DNA from: Armatimonadota bacterium | GTDB lineage: Bacteria > Armatimonadota > Fimbriimonadia > Fimbriimonadales > GBS-DC | DNA: 64,000 nt | Reading direction: 5' to 3' | Assembly: GCA_037445735.1 (NCBI GenBank) | Contig: JBBIJY010000007.1 | Span: 1 to 64,000, forward strand | Shown here: piece by piece, positions 53,409 to 63,998 of the stretch | How the letters are laid out: each line of letters starts with the position of its first letter | How positions within the stretch are numbered: the stretch's first letter is position 1 | Notes under the pieces: model-generated | What the model was told of the DNA's origin: nothing | The model's database searches: none | What the model saw: the letters and a program-made list of their open reading frames with translations, nothing else | Position numbers and translations under genes: made by a program

Positions 53409-54080
53409 ATGAAACTGTTCGTGGACACAGGGCAGGTCGAAGAGGTTCAGCAGGCTGCCGAATGGGGCATTATCGACGGGGTGACCACCAATCCCTCGCT
53501 GATTGCTAAAGCGGGGCGCGGATTCAAAGAGACGGTGGTCGAGATGTGTCGGCTTGTGCCCGACGGTGCCATCAGCGCGGAGGTGGTCGGCACCACGGTG
53601 GATCAGATGCTGCGCGAGGCACGTGAGATTGCCTCCTGGGCGCCCAACATCGTGGTCAAAATCCCGATGACACCTGCCGGCATTCAGGCAACCCGAATCC
53701 TCTCGCGCGAAGGCATCCGCATCAACATGACGCTTGTCTTTTCGCCGGCGCAGGCACTGCTGGCGGCGAAGGCGGGCGCCACTTTCATCAGCGTGTTCGT
53801 CGGGCGCGTGGACGATGTTGCCAGCGAGGGCATGCGCACAATCGAAGATGTGGTGCAGATGGTCGAAAACTATGGCTTTCCCAGCGAGGTGCTGGTCGCC
53901 AGCATCCGCCATCCGATGCATGTGGTGGAGGCGATGCGGCTGGGCGCGCACATCGCCACGATGCCCTTCAAAGTGCTGGAACAGCTGTTCCACCATCCGC
54001 TGACCGATATCGGACTCCAGCGGTTTCTGGACGACTGGCACCGCGCGGGTCTGCAGATATTTGAGCCGGTGCGTGCCTGA
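53409..54080 (+). CDS. tal: Transaldolase / fructose-6-phosphate aldolase family (small type)
   Basis: DGVTTNPSLI, VVKIP, INMTLVFS, ASIRHP. Confidence 0.93.
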   Translation: MKLFVDTGQVEEVQQAAEWGIIDGVTTNPSLIAKAGRGFKETVVEMCRLVPDGAISAEVVGTTVDQMLREAREIASWAPNIVVKIPMTPAGIQATRILSREGIRINMTLVFSPAQALLAAKAGATFISVFVGRVDDVASEGMRTIEDVVQMVENYGFPSEVLVASIRHPMHVVEAMRLGAHIATMPFKVLEQLFHHPLTDIGLQRFLDDWHRAGLQIFEPVRA

Positions 54081-54103
54081 GGCGCTGGGGTACAATCCCG
54101 CGC

Positions 54104-54679
54104 GTGCGAGCGATTATCGGGCTGGGCAATCCGGGCGAGCAATACGCGGGCACGCGCCACAATGTGGGCTTCTGGGTCATCAGCCTGCTGGCTCGCCGAC
54201 ACAATATCCCGCTCAATCGCCACCGCTATCATGCCCGCTACGGTCAGGGCGAGATCGGCGGCGTGCCCGTGCTGCTGGTGCAGCCGATGACCTTTATGAA
54301 CCGCAGCGGTGAGGCGGTTCGCTCCCTGCTGAAAGCCTGTCAGTTAACCCCCCAGCAGATGCTGGTGGTGTACGACGATATCGCGCTGCCGATTGGCACT
54401 TTGCGCCTGCGTCCGCGCGGCTCATCGGGCGGGCACAACGGGATGCGCTCCATTATTGAGGCGATTGGCACGGAGGAGTTCCCGCGCCTGCGCGTGGGCA
54501 TCGGCGCACCGCCTGAAGGCGTCGATCCCGCCGACTATGTGCTGTCGCCCTTTGACGAGTCGGAGAAACCCCTCATGCGCCAGATGCTGGAGATTGCAGC
54601 GGATGCCTGCGAGTGCTGGCTCACCGACCCCATCGAGCGCGTGATGAGCCGTTTTAATCGGCAACACCTCTCGGAATAA
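54104..54679 (+). CDS. pth: Peptidyl-tRNA hydrolase
   Basis: IGLGNPG..Y..TRHNVGF, TFMNRSG, GGHNG. Confidence 0.98.
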   Translation: MRAIIGLGNPGEQYAGTRHNVGFWVISLLARRHNIPLNRHRYHARYGQGEIGGVPVLLVQPMTFMNRSGEAVRSLLKACQLTPQQMLVVYDDIALPIGTLRLRPRGSSGGHNGMRSIIEAIGTEEFPRLRVGIGAPPEGVDPADYVLSPFDESEKPLMRQMLEIAADACECWLTDPIERVMSRFNRQHLSE

Positions 54680-54688
54680 CTCTCCAGC

Positions 54689-55852
54689 TTACAGCGGCTC
54701 TGTGCCCTCGCTGAGAATGTTCAGATAGTGGTCATAGGCGAAGATTCGGTTGCGTCTGCGCCCAGTAATCTCGCGCGCGATGCCCAGCTCCGCCAGCACC
54801 TGCATGCCTCTGGCAACCGCTGGAAAGCTGAGTCCCGTCCGCTGGTGTGCCTGGCTCAGCGTCAGCAAAGGATGCTCACACAGAGCATGAAACACACGCA
54901 GTGCCGTGCTGGCTGCCCGCCCCACATCCTGAATCCGATTTTGATCCCGCTCGAACAGCGTCACCAGTCGCCGCGCGGTCTCGACCGCGCTTTGAGCCGT
55001 CGACACGACCCCCTCCAGAAAGAACTCGATCCACGCCTCCCAGTCACCCTCCAGACGCACGAGGTCGAGCAGGCGGTAGTATTCACTACGATAGCGCTTG
55101 AAATAGAGGCTCAGGTACAGGAGCGGTTCCTGCAGCACACCTTCATGGTGCAGAATGAACGCAATGAGCAGGCGTCCGATGCGCCCGTTGCCGTCCAGAA
55201 AAGGATGAATGGTCTCAAATTGCACATTGGCGAGTGCAGCCTTGATGAGCGCTGGATAGGGATTGCGCTCATCGTGCAGGAAGCGTTCGAGGTCTGCCAT
55301 ACACTCTGGCACCCGATCGGGTGGTGGCGGCACGAAGTGAGCGTTGCCAGGGCGTGTGCCGCCAATCCAGTTCTGCGAGCGACGGAACTCGCCTGGCGAT
55401 TTGGTGCTTCCCCGCCCGCGCGATAGCAGAATCGCGTGCATCTCCCGTATGAGGCGATTGGAGAGCGGAAAATCCTCTTTCAGACGCTGAAGCCCATGTT
55501 CCAGCGCTGCCACATAGTTGGACACCTCCACCACATCCTCAATCGGCACGCCAGGCGCCTCCTCCAGCTCGAACAGCAGCAGGTCGGAGAGCGACGATTG
55601 CGTGCCTTCAATCTGGGACGAGAGCAGCGCCTCACGACGCACATAGGCATAGAGAAAGATTTCGGGATTCGGCAGCAACAGCGTGATGCTGTCCAGCCGT
55701 CCCAGAGCAAGCAGGGCGTTCTCAAGCAGGCGTTGCCGATGCCCTGACAGGTCTAACGGCGGATCAGGAGGGAGGGGGCGTGGAATAAACGCCCGTACCG
55801 CCTCTCCGCCTACAATCGTCACCTCATATTCGCCCGTGTTTCCGCGCTTCAT
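54689..55852 (-). CDS. Fic family protein (N-terminal inhibitory motif, C-terminal HTH)
   Basis: HPFLDGNGRIGR catalytic motif; SSQIEG inhibitory motif. Confidence 0.95.
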   Translation of the reverse strand: MKRGNTGEYEVTIVGGEAVRAFIPRPLPPDPPLDLSGHRQRLLENALLALGRLDSITLLLPNPEIFLYAYVRREALLSSQIEGTQSSLSDLLLFELEEAPGVPIEDVVEVSNYVAALEHGLQRLKEDFPLSNRLIREMHAILLSRGRGSTKSPGEFRRSQNWIGGTRPGNAHFVPPPPDRVPECMADLERFLHDERNPYPALIKAALANVQFETIHPFLDGNGRIGRLLIAFILHHEGVLQEPLLYLSLYFKRYRSEYYRLLDLVRLEGDWEAWIEFFLEGVVSTAQSAVETARRLVTLFERDQNRIQDVGRAASTALRVFHALCEHPLLTLSQAHQRTGLSFPAVARGMQVLAELGIAREITGRRRNRIFAYDHYLNILSEGTEPL

Positions 55853-56004
55853 CGCCACCACCCGAATGTAACGAATGTTAAATAAGGGGTCGGGCTATTA
55901 AACGATACCGCCAGATCGTTTAATAACCGCCGACGCTCTGTAGTATACTCGACGATGTACCTGTGGGGTACAATAACCCATTGGTTCAACAGGAGGAGAC
56001 ATCG

Positions 56005-56226
56005 ATGGCACGAGTGTGTGAGATTTGTGGCAAGGGACCGCAGTTTGGGCAGAACATTCGGCATCGCCATTCGGGGCTGTGGCGGTATCGTGCGCCGCGC
56101 ACGAAGCGCCAGTGGTCGCCGAATCTGCAGACGGTGCGGGCGTATGTGAACGGCGGCAAGACCGTGCGGCGCATTCGCGTCTGCACGCGCTGTCTGAAGG
56201 CGGGCAAGGTGGTGCGTGCTGTTTGA
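56005..56226 (+). CDS. rpmB: 50S ribosomal protein L28 (zinc-binding type)
   Basis: AGGAGG RBS; MARVCEICGK...TKRQWSPNLQ...VCTRCLK. Confidence 0.96.
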   Translation: MARVCEICGKGPQFGQNIRHRHSGLWRYRAPRTKRQWSPNLQTVRAYVNGGKTVRRIRVCTRCLKAGKVVRAV

Positions 56227-57206
56227 TCGAGTGGGACGCGCTGGCACGCCAGCTGGCGCCGCTCTGCTCCCGCCCGCTCCAGCGCAACGAGCCGATGCGA
56301 CGGCACACCACCCTGCGCGTGGGCGGACCCGCCGCGCTCTTTTACAGGGTGAGCAATCTGGAAGAGTTCGCGCGAATCAGCGAGTGGGCACAAACCCATC
56401 GTGTGCCCACTTTTATTATGGGGCACGGCAGTAATATTCTGGTCAGCGACGCGGGCATCCCCGCGCTGGTCCTTTATAACGCCTGTGAGCGGGCGATCAT
56501 TGGCGAGGAGACCTACGCCGAGACCGGCATCCCTATTCGCGAGCTGTTTCTGAAGGCGGCACAGCGGGGCTTGAGCGGGCTGGAGTTCGCCGTCGGCATC
56601 CCGGGCACGCTGGGCGGCGCACTGGTGTCCAACGCGGGCGCCTATCGCCAGAATATCGCCGACCTGCTGATCGACATCGATCTGGTGGTGGACGGTCGGC
56701 GACAGCGCGTCTCGCCCGACTGGATGCAGTTCTCCTATCGGGACAGCCGCCTGCGCCGACCGAACGCACCGCCAACCGCCTTATTAGCGGTGCGAATGCG
56801 CCTGACACCCGATTCGAAACGCGCCATCTTTGACCGCGCCCGCCACCTGCAACGCCAGCGCATCGAAAAGCAGCCCCCTGAATCGTCCGCTGGCAGCTTT
56901 TTCAAGAATGTGTATCATCGCGAGCTGGCGGAGCGGTTGCCAAACCTACCTGCACCGCTCAAAGAGGCGGGCGTCGTGCCTGCGGGCTTCCTCATCGAAG
57001 CGTGCGGGCTGAAAGGCTATCAGATCGGCGGCGCGTGCGTCTCCCGCAAACACGCGAACTTCCTCATTAACCGCGGCGATGCCACCGCCAGCGACTTCTA
57101 CCAGCTGGCGCACAAAGTGAAGCAGGCGGTCCATGAGCGGTTTGGTGTCTGGCTGGAAGAGGAGGTTCTCTATGTGGGATGGGACGCGAATGTGCCACAA
57201 TATTAG
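56223..57206 (+). CDS. murB: UDP-N-acetylenolpyruvoylglucosamine reductase
   Basis: HTTLRVGG, GHGSNILVSD, GIPGTLGG..NAGAY, SAGSFFKN, KHANFLIN; start inferred at TTG 56223. Confidence 0.96.
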   Translation: MIEWDALARQLAPLCSRPLQRNEPMRRHTTLRVGGPAALFYRVSNLEEFARISEWAQTHRVPTFIMGHGSNILVSDAGIPALVLYNACERAIIGEETYAETGIPIRELFLKAAQRGLSGLEFAVGIPGTLGGALVSNAGAYRQNIADLLIDIDLVVDGRRQRVSPDWMQFSYRDSRLRRPNAPPTALLAVRMRLTPDSKRAIFDRARHLQRQRIEKQPPESSAGSFFKNVYHRELAERLPNLPAPLKEAGVVPAGFLIEACGLKGYQIGGACVSRKHANFLINRGDATASDFYQLAHKVKQAVHERFGVWLEEEVLYVGWDANVPQY

Positions 57207-57219
57207 CAGGGGTCAAACG

Positions 57220-57663
57220 ATGCAAGCCATTCGATGGGGTTTGATAGGGCTGGCGATGGTGCTGATCCTGGGCGGGTGTCGCCGCCAGCCGCTGAATGAG
57301 ACCGCCGTGCATGAGGCGCTGGGTGAGAAGCGCGAGCAGTATAAAACCGAGATTGAGCGTGGGGTTCAAACCGCACCGCCACCCATCGAGGTGCCCAACG
57401 CCGAGCAGCCCTCGACATCCGCGTCGCCGAATCGGAACCCGTCGCAACCGGGCGTGCCGCCCTATCAGGCGCCGCCACCGACCGTGGGCAACGAACCGCG
57501 CCCGCCGCAGAATCCCTCGCCACCCCCTGACACGCGCGTGGGCGATGTGCAGTTCGACCCGCGCACGGGGCAATATGGCATCGCCCCACCTGGTGCACCC
57601 GATGGCTACACCATCCCACTCAACAACCCGCCCGCCAACCCATCCGCTGGCGAATCGAAGTAA
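57220..57663 (+). CDS. Pro-rich putative lipoprotein
   Basis: MQAIRWGLIGLAMVLILGG-C lipobox; Pro/Asn/Gln-rich tail. Confidence 0.75.
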   Translation: MQAIRWGLIGLAMVLILGGCRRQPLNETAVHEALGEKREQYKTEIERGVQTAPPPIEVPNAEQPSTSASPNRNPSQPGVPPYQAPPPTVGNEPRPPQNPSPPPDTRVGDVQFDPRTGQYGIAPPGAPDGYTIPLNNPPANPSAGESK

Positions 57664-57708
57664 GCTCTAAAATATCTTTGCCGGGTTTCTGAGTTTGTCT
57701 GGAGAGCG

Positions 57709-58248
57709 ATGATGTACGATCGGGTGCGTCCATCATGGATGGCACGACTGGCGCTCTGGCGAGGTTGGGGAGCGACGCTGCGGGTGGCGCTGCTGCTGTG
57801 GGGGGCGAGCGTGTTGCAGGGCGTGCTGGCGCCTGTCATCCGCATCGGGGATATTTCCCCTGACCTGCCCCTGCTGATACTGGGCTGTCTGGCGCTGCGA
57901 CTGAATCCCTCCGCTGCTGCCACCGCTGGCTTCTTCGCAGGGCTGCTGCACGCCAGTCAGACCGATCAAACCGTCGGCAGCTGGGTTATCAGTCGCACGG
58001 TGGCGGCGTTCACCATCGCGTGGCTGCCTGCGATAGTGGATCGGCGTCGGCTGTTGAGTGTCTGCCTCGCCTGTGCGCTCATTGTGCCGATAGCGAACGG
58101 GCTGATCTATCTCTCGGCGCCCAGCATTGTCGGCTGGGAGTGGTGGCGCGCCACGCTCGGCATCATGGGGTATAATACAATACTGGCGGCGCCCACCGCC
58201 TTCGCGCTTAAACGGGTGCTGCCACCGTATCAGGAGGAGATGGAATGA
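57709..58248 (+). CDS. mreD: MreD-like membrane protein
   Basis: ISPDLPLL, GFFAGLL, about 5 TM segments; no mreC/mrdA adjacent. Confidence 0.6.
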   Translation: MMYDRVRPSWMARLALWRGWGATLRVALLLWGASVLQGVLAPVIRIGDISPDLPLLILGCLALRLNPSAAATAGFFAGLLHASQTDQTVGSWVISRTVAAFTIAWLPAIVDRRRLLSVCLACALIVPIANGLIYLSAPSIVGWEWWRATLGIMGYNTILAAPTAFALKRVLPPYQEEME

Positions 58249-58302
58249 GAACACGGGCAAAGAACGGTCAAACCAAACCGGCACAGAGGAGGAGCGACTG
58301 CG

Positions 58303-59583
58303 ATGGTGCAGACCATGCTCGCAGAAGAGCGTAAAACCGAAGAGCGTAGCGCGTATGCTATCGCCATACGCCAGTTAGAGGCAGCGGCGTATTACCTCAA
58401 CCTGGACCGCAGCCTGTTAGAAGTGTTGAAGCACCCTCGCCGCGAACTGATCGTACATTTCCCGGTCAAGATGGACGACGGCTCCATTCGCGTCTTCACA
58501 GGCTATCGCGTGCATCACAATCCCGCGCGCGGTCCCGCCAAGGGCGGCATTCGCTATCATCCCGATGTCACGCTGGACGAGACGCGCGCGCTGGCGATGT
58601 GGATGACCTGGAAGTGCGCGGTGGTCAATATTCCCTACAGCGGCGCCAAAGGCGGCGTGGTGTGCGATCCGAAACGGCTCTCCATCCACGAGCTGGAGAA
58701 CCTCACCCGCCGCTACATCACCGAAATCTCCATCATGGTCGGTCCCGAATCGGACATCCCGGCGCCCGATATTGGCACCAACCCGCAGGTGATGGCGTGG
58801 ATTATGGACACCTACTCCATGCACAAGGGCTACACCGTGCCCGCGGTGGTGACGGGCAAGCCGGTGGCGATTGGTGGCTCCGAAGGGCGGCTGGAGGCGA
58901 CGGGTCGCGGCGTCACGGTGGTCGCCCACGAGGCGGCTAAACTGCGCGGATTCGACCTGGCGGGCGCCAGCGTGGTGATTCAGGGCTTCGGCAATGTCGG
59001 TTCGGCGACGGCGAAGCTGATGCATCAGGCGGGCGCGAAGGTGGTGGCTATCTCCGACGCGCGCGGCGGCATCTACAACCCGAACGGGCTGGACATCCCC
59101 AGCCTGCTGCACTGCGCCGGGCGCGACGGCTGCATCCAGGCATATCGCGACGCGGACCACATCACCAACAGGGAGCTGCTGGAGCTGCCGTGTGATATTC
59201 TGGTGCCTGCCGCCATTCACGGCGTCATCACCTCCGAGAACGCGCCGAATATCAAGGCGAAGATTATCGTGGAGGCTGCCAACGGTCCCGTCACACCCGA
59301 TGCCGACCGCATCCTGCAGGAGAATGGCATCCTGGTCGTGCCCGACATTCTGGCGAACGCGGGCGGCGTGGTCGTCTCCTACTTCGAATGGGTGCAGGAC
59401 CTGCAGGCGTTCTTCTGGGAGGAAGAAGAGGTCAATGTGCGGCTGGAGAAGGTGATGCGCCGCAGTTTCCAGCATGTGCTGCAGGTCGCGGAGCAGAACA
59501 AAGTTGACCTGCGCATGGGGGCGTACATCATCGGCGTGCAACGCGTGGCGGAAGCCACCACCATCCGCGGCATCTATCCATAA
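58303..59583 (+). CDS. gdhA: Glu/Leu/Phe/Val dehydrogenase (glutamate dehydrogenase)
   Basis: [53 protein letters not shown]. Confidence 0.95.
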   Translation: MVQTMLAEERKTEERSAYAIAIRQLEAAAYYLNLDRSLLEVLKHPRRELIVHFPVKMDDGSIRVFTGYRVHHNPARGPAKGGIRYHPDVTLDETRALAMWMTWKCAVVNIPYSGAKGGVVCDPKRLSIHELENLTRRYITEISIMVGPESDIPAPDIGTNPQVMAWIMDTYSMHKGYTVPAVVTGKPVAIGGSEGRLEATGRGVTVVAHEAAKLRGFDLAGASVVIQGFGNVGSATAKLMHQAGAKVVAISDARGGIYNPNGLDIPSLLHCAGRDGCIQAYRDADHITNRELLELPCDILVPAAIHGVITSENAPNIKAKIIVEAANGPVTPDADRILQENGILVVPDILANAGGVVVSYFEWVQDLQAFFWEEEEVNVRLEKVMRRSFQHVLQVAEQNKVDLRMGAYIIGVQRVAEATTIRGIYP

Positions 59584-59589
59584 ACCCAC

Positions 59590-59624
59590 AAAAAGTCCCC
59601 TCCCCCTTTCAGGGGAGGGGATTT
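59590..59624. terminator. Hairpin between convergent genes (U-tract on minus strand); also boxC-like
   Basis: AAAAA-g-TCCCCTCCCC-ctttca-GGGGAGGGGA. Confidence 0.65.
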
Positions 59625-59650
59625 GCGTGAGAGGGGGGACACAAGCAAGC

Positions 59651-60448
59651 TTAGCCGTCGATACCGCCACGCGGGTTCGGTAGCCTGGGCGTGAACGGCT
59701 CGAAGCGATAGGGGCGACTCACATCGAAGCCTGCCTGCTGCGCCGCATCGCGGTCGATAAACGGGCGCAACGCGCGTACCGCATCCTGAATCGAGGCGAA
59801 CCGATAGGTGCGCGCAAACGCATTATCGTTGGGTGGGCTTACCGGTTCCTCGACACCCGAAAAGCCTTTCAGGGTCGTGAACGGTCCACCATCCGCCGGG
59901 TCAATCTCGGTCGCCACCACTCGTGCCACCGTACGGTGATCGCTCTCCACCGCCAGGATTCGCGCCGCCACAACCTTCAGGGCAGGAGTGGATAGATCCC
60001 GCACACCGACCAGATACGCTGCAATAAACGCCTCTTCGAGAGTTACCAGCGTATCCAGGGTGACTTTGGCGTTGCTAAACATATTGGGTGGAAAGTAGAA
60101 GGTGGTGATCGGTGTGGGGCGATTGAGCGCGGACTTGAGCAGTTCATAGTGCGCCATCTCCACTTCGCGAGCCGCTCGAAAATATGCCTGGTCATCGCTG
60201 CTCAATCGCTGGAAGAAGGGCGCCGATTTGACAATCACGGTGTAGGTGGTCGTCGCCAGCGCTTCGGCGATCTGGGCGGCGCCCAGAATCTCGCTGTCGC
60301 TGCTGGAGCCGCCCATCGTGCCCTGACGGGTCGCGTCGCCGCCACACGCGCTCAACAGTGAGCCACCCAGCAGCGCCACCCCGGTTAGCCCTGTCCACTT
60401 CAGGAACTCGCGCCGATTCAACTGCTGCTTCTCATCGCTCATCACCAT
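59651..60448 (-). CDS. Tat-exported ferritin-like lipoprotein
   Basis: NRREFLK twin-arginine signal, LSA-C lipobox, EALA / EMAH / LEE / ESDH diiron-type motifs; GGAGG RBS. Confidence 0.85.
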   Translation of the reverse strand: MVMSDEKQQLNRREFLKWTGLTGVALLGGSLLSACGGDATRQGTMGGSSSDSEILGAAQIAEALATTTYTVIVKSAPFFQRLSSDDQAYFRAAREVEMAHYELLKSALNRPTPITTFYFPPNMFSNAKVTLDTLVTLEEAFIAAYLVGVRDLSTPALKVVAARILAVESDHRTVARVVATEIDPADGGPFTTLKGFSGVEEPVSPPNDNAFARTYRFASIQDAVRALRPFIDRDAAQQAGFDVSRPYRFEPFTPRLPNPRGGIDG

Positions 60449-60509
60449 CGTACCTCCTCGCATTTTTTGAGTTTTGCCAGGTAGCAGGGTGCTACCTGGC
60501 AAAATTGAT

Positions 60510-61412
60510 TTAAAGGCGTCGGCGTCGAACAGCGAGCCAGCCCAGCACGCCTGCCGAGAGAGCCAGCATCGATGCCGGCTCAGGCACAACTGCCAGCCCG
60601 CGCACGCGCAGCGCCACGCCACCAATCGGGGCAATCGGGCTGATCATGCCCGTATTGAGATCGATGGTGCCAAACCATGAGCGAAAATCGCCCCGATTGA
60701 GGTCAATCATGGACACATAACCCACATTGCGCGTGCCAAAGGTCGCGATGTCGAAACCCAGCACGGTGCTGACATTCATGCCCAGTGGACCGACCGTGAT
60801 CAGACCGCCCGCATTGGGTGGGTTCTGAATCACGAGCACATCGAGACCCGCGTCGATGTTGTAGAGCAGGGTCGAGGTCGCGCCCGCGAAGTTGTTGGTG
60901 TAAGCGGAGCCAACGATGGTCGGACGCCGCCCAAAGTTCGGGTCACCACTGTTATACTGCAGGGTGCCATCCACTGCCACCACTGCACCCGTGTTGGGGT
61001 TCAGACGCAGATTCTGCCCTGTATCGCTCGTCACACGGATTCGATCCACTACCGGGTTGAAGTCGAACCCGAACTCGACGCCGCTCAGTGCCGGGCTAAA
61101 GGGCGTGCTGCTGACCGCTGTTGCCACCCCTGTGGCAGGGTTGAGCTTGTAGAGGCGATTGGAGCTGCCCAGCGCATACAGCTCGCCCGTGGCTGGTCGG
61201 AAATCGATGCCCAGCACCAGCTCCGATGGCTGCTGTAAGCCTGTAATCGGCACATTGCTCAACAGCGCCGTCGGGTTCGACGCATCAAAACTGATGAGAC
61301 GGTTATCCTCCGTCACACCGTAGACCATCTGCGCGCTGATTGGCATTCGCAGCGCCATCAGCATCAGCAGCACGAAGCTGCTTCCAAGAACCTTTCGCAG
61401 AGAACCCATCAT
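60510..61412 (-). CDS. DUF4394 domain PEP-CTERM protein
   Basis: GIDFRPATGELY, GFDFNPVVDRIR, AYTN; C-terminal VPEPAS-TM-RRRR. Confidence 0.9.
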   Translation of the reverse strand: MMGSLRKVLGSSFVLLMLMALRMPISAQMVYGVTEDNRLISFDASNPTALLSNVPITGLQQPSELVLGIDFRPATGELYALGSSNRLYKLNPATGVATAVSSTPFSPALSGVEFGFDFNPVVDRIRVTSDTGQNLRLNPNTGAVVAVDGTLQYNSGDPNFGRRPTIVGSAYTNNFAGATSTLLYNIDAGLDVLVIQNPPNAGGLITVGPLGMNVSTVLGFDIATFGTRNVGYVSMIDLNRGDFRSWFGTIDLNTGMISPIAPIGGVALRVRGLAVVPEPASMLALSAGVLGWLAVRRRRL

Positions 61413-61482
61413 CTCATAACCTCCTGCTGTTAGGGATTGAGTGTACGCCTGGGGCGTACGGTGTGCATGAACGCACCGCACC

Positions 61483-61519
61483 TGACCGTTAGATGAACAG
61501 CAGGTGAGATTTGGCTGAA
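61483..61519 (-). promoter_or_regulatory. Four 11-bp-spaced TCA direct repeats (OmpR/PhoB-type box)
   Basis: TGA on + strand at 61483, 61494, 61505 and 61516; TACACT -10 candidate at 61440-61445. Confidence 0.6.
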
Positions 61520-61522
61520 AAA

Positions 61523-62215
61523 TCAGGGTGTTCGGAACTCGTAGCCGTAGTTGCGGTGTGTGCGGATATACTGGGGGCGGCGGGGGTCTTTCTCTATCTT
61601 TTTACGCAGCCGATACATATAGACATCGAGCGTATTGGAGCTGAACTCGATGCTGTAGCCCCACACCTGTTCGAAGAGCCAGTTGCGGGGTACGACGCGG
61701 TTGGCATGGCGAGCTAAAAACGCCAGCAGGTCGAACTCGCGGCGGGTGAGCGTGACGGGCTGACCGTTCACGAACACCTGCCGCTGCCCGAAATCGATGA
61801 TCAGATCGCCATATTGCTGGACACCGGACGGCACGGGTTCCGCGTGCGGGTATTCATAGGCGCGGCGTAGCAGGGCGCGCACCCGTGCCAGCAGCTCCTT
61901 CGGCTCGAACGGCTTGGTCAGGTAGTCATCCGCGCCCACCTCCAGTCCAATCACCTTGTCCATCGATTCAGCCCGTGCCGTCAGCATCAGGAGGGGCACC
62001 AGCCACTTCTGGCGGATGCGCCGACACAGGTCGAAGCCATCCATGTCGGGCAGCCCCAGATCCAGAATGATGAGATGGAACTCCGTGCCCGCCAGCGCCT
62101 GCAGCGCTTCATAGCCCGTGCCGACACCCACAACCTCGTAGTTATACTGCTGCAGAAATCGCTTCAGGTTCTCACGGAGATAGGGGTCGTCATCGACGAT
62201 GAGCAGTCGCTGCAT
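61523..62215 (-). CDS. OmpR/PhoB family response regulator
   Basis: IVDDD, LDLGLP, GADDYLTKPF, LTRREFDLL, RLRKKIE. Confidence 0.97.
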   Translation of the reverse strand: MQRLLIVDDDPYLRENLKRFLQQYNYEVVGVGTGYEALQALAGTEFHLIILDLGLPDMDGFDLCRRIRQKWLVPLLMLTARAESMDKVIGLEVGADDYLTKPFEPKELLARVRALLRRAYEYPHAEPVPSGVQQYGDLIIDFGQRQVFVNGQPVTLTRREFDLLAFLARHANRVVPRNWLFEQVWGYSIEFSSNTLDVYMYRLRKKIEKDPRRPQYIRTHRNYGYEFRTP

Positions 62216-63998
62216 CGCTACTCACCTCCCGTCGCACCTGGCGAATCGGCAGCTCGATTTCAAAAATAGTTCCCCGCTGCGGCTGGCTGCTGACACGGAT
62301 GCGCCCGCCGTGCATGTCGATGGTGCGCTTGACACTGTACAGTCCCAATCCGAATCCGTCGGGGCGCGTGCAGGCGAACGGCTCGAACAGGTTCGGTAGC
62401 ACGCTTTCGGGGATGCCGACCCCTGTGTCTGCCACCCACAGTCGGACTCGATCCGCGCTGCGGCAGGCACCGATGGTCAACACACCACCCCCTGTCGGCT
62501 CCATCGCCTTGAGCGCGTTCAAAACCAGATTGACCAGCATCAGCTCCAGCTGGGTCGGGTCGGCTTCGATCCGGGGCAGGCGCGGTGCCAGCTCCTGTTG
62601 AACCTTTACCTGAGTCAGATGCAGGTGCGAGCGCGTCAACTCCAGCACACGCTGGACCAACGCGGGCAGGTTCACCTTCTCCAGCTGGAGCTGGCTCGGA
62701 CGCGCGTAGGACAGGAGCCGATAAGCCAGCACATTCAGCCGATCGAGCTGAGCGCGAAGCTCGCTTTGCAACCGCTCTGGCTCGTGTGGACTGACCGCGA
62801 GCGAGAGCGCGAGCGAGCTGATGATGTTGCGAATATCGTGCGCCGTAGTGGCTGCCAGCATGCCGACGACCGACAGCTTCTCGTGCTGGATGAGCTGCTG
62901 TTGCATCCGATTGAGTGTTTCGTACATCTGCTGAACGCGCTGGCGGAGGGCATAGCTTTCGAGCACCTGCGCGGTCAGATGGAGCATCGGCTCGGCATAG
63001 ACGGTTCGGAACTCGTCCTCATCGGGGAGCGGGTCGTAGCCGAACGCGATTATGCCAGCGGGCGCATTCGCGTCGCGATAGAGGCAGCCCAGCCCGTGTA
63101 CAGCGCCCAGCGCTCGTGCCAGTGCAGCGGGCAGCGGTGCAAAAGGCGCCGGGCTGGCAAGCAGTTGACCCCAGAGCGAGCGCCAGCCACGCGCGGGCAA
63201 AGAGAGCGGCTGCGATTGCGAGCCGGCGCGCGTGAGGACGCCCTCGACGCGCGGACGCACCGCGTCGACATGCAAAATCGCGGCGCTGCGCACGCCCTGG
63301 AGCTGGGTCAGCGCTTCCGTCAGCTTCTGCGCCAGCTCGCCCGCGTCTTTTGCGAAATTGGCGCTGTGCAGCGCGTGCGCAATAGCGCTGAGCGCCTGCT
63401 GTGTGCGCTCCAGCTGGCGACTGCGCTCTTCAAGGGCGCGACGCTCCTGCGCCAGACGCTCTTCGAACAGCCGCTCGCGCTCCAGCTCCGCACTCACGCG
63501 CATCGCCAGCAGCGCAATCAGCTCCCGATCGGCATCGCCCAGCGGCTGATCATGGCGACCATCGATGATGCAGAGCGTGCCGATGGGGCGACCCCGATTG
63601 TCGCGGATAGGAGCGCCCAGATAGCGCGTCCAGCCCAGCGCGGTTGTCGGAAACTGACAGAATTCGCGATCGCGTCGCACATCCTGAATGAGCGTCACGC
63701 GGTTCGTGCGCAGCGTGCGCGCACAGTAGGCATCCTCCGTCGGAATGCCGCAGACCCCCTTCGCCCATTCTGGCGGGTTCGCCACATACTTGAACAGAAT
63801 CTGCTCGCCCTGATGAAGCGTGATCGCAGCCGTCGCACCGCCGTAAAACGCACTGAGCCGATCCGCCACAAAACGATACGAGACCTCAGGATCCGGATGA
63901 AAGAAGGTGCTGATCTGCAGTAATAGTTCGCGATAGGCGTCGGCAGGCAACGCCCCTTGAATCGTCCGTGCCTCTTGCGTTGAGTCGCTTCGCTTCAT
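62190..63998 (-). CDS. GAF-domain sensor histidine kinase (start at window edge)
   Basis: GAF (YLGAPI..IGTLCIID), QHEKLS..AHDIRN, NLVLNA, DTGVGI, GFGLGL. Confidence 0.93.
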   Translation of the reverse strand: MKRSDSTQEARTIQGALPADAYRELLLQISTFFHPDPEVSYRFVADRLSAFYGGATAAITLHQGEQILFKYVANPPEWAKGVCGIPTEDAYCARTLRTNRVTLIQDVRRDREFCQFPTTALGWTRYLGAPIRDNRGRPIGTLCIIDGRHDQPLGDADRELIALLAMRVSAELERERLFEERLAQERRALEERSRQLERTQQALSAIAHALHSANFAKDAGELAQKLTEALTQLQGVRSAAILHVDAVRPRVEGVLTRAGSQSQPLSLPARGWRSLWGQLLASPAPFAPLPAALARALGAVHGLGCLYRDANAPAGIIAFGYDPLPDEDEFRTVYAEPMLHLTAQVLESYALRQRVQQMYETLNRMQQQLIQHEKLSVVGMLAATTAHDIRNIISSLALSLAVSPHEPERLQSELRAQLDRLNVLAYRLLSYARPSQLQLEKVNLPALVQRVLELTRSHLHLTQVKVQQELAPRLPRIEADPTQLELMLVNLVLNALKAMEPTGGGVLTIGACRSADRVRLWVADTGVGIPESVLPNLFEPFACTRPDGFGLGLYSVKRTIDMHGGRIRVSSQPQRGTIFEIELPIRQVRREVSSDAATAHRR

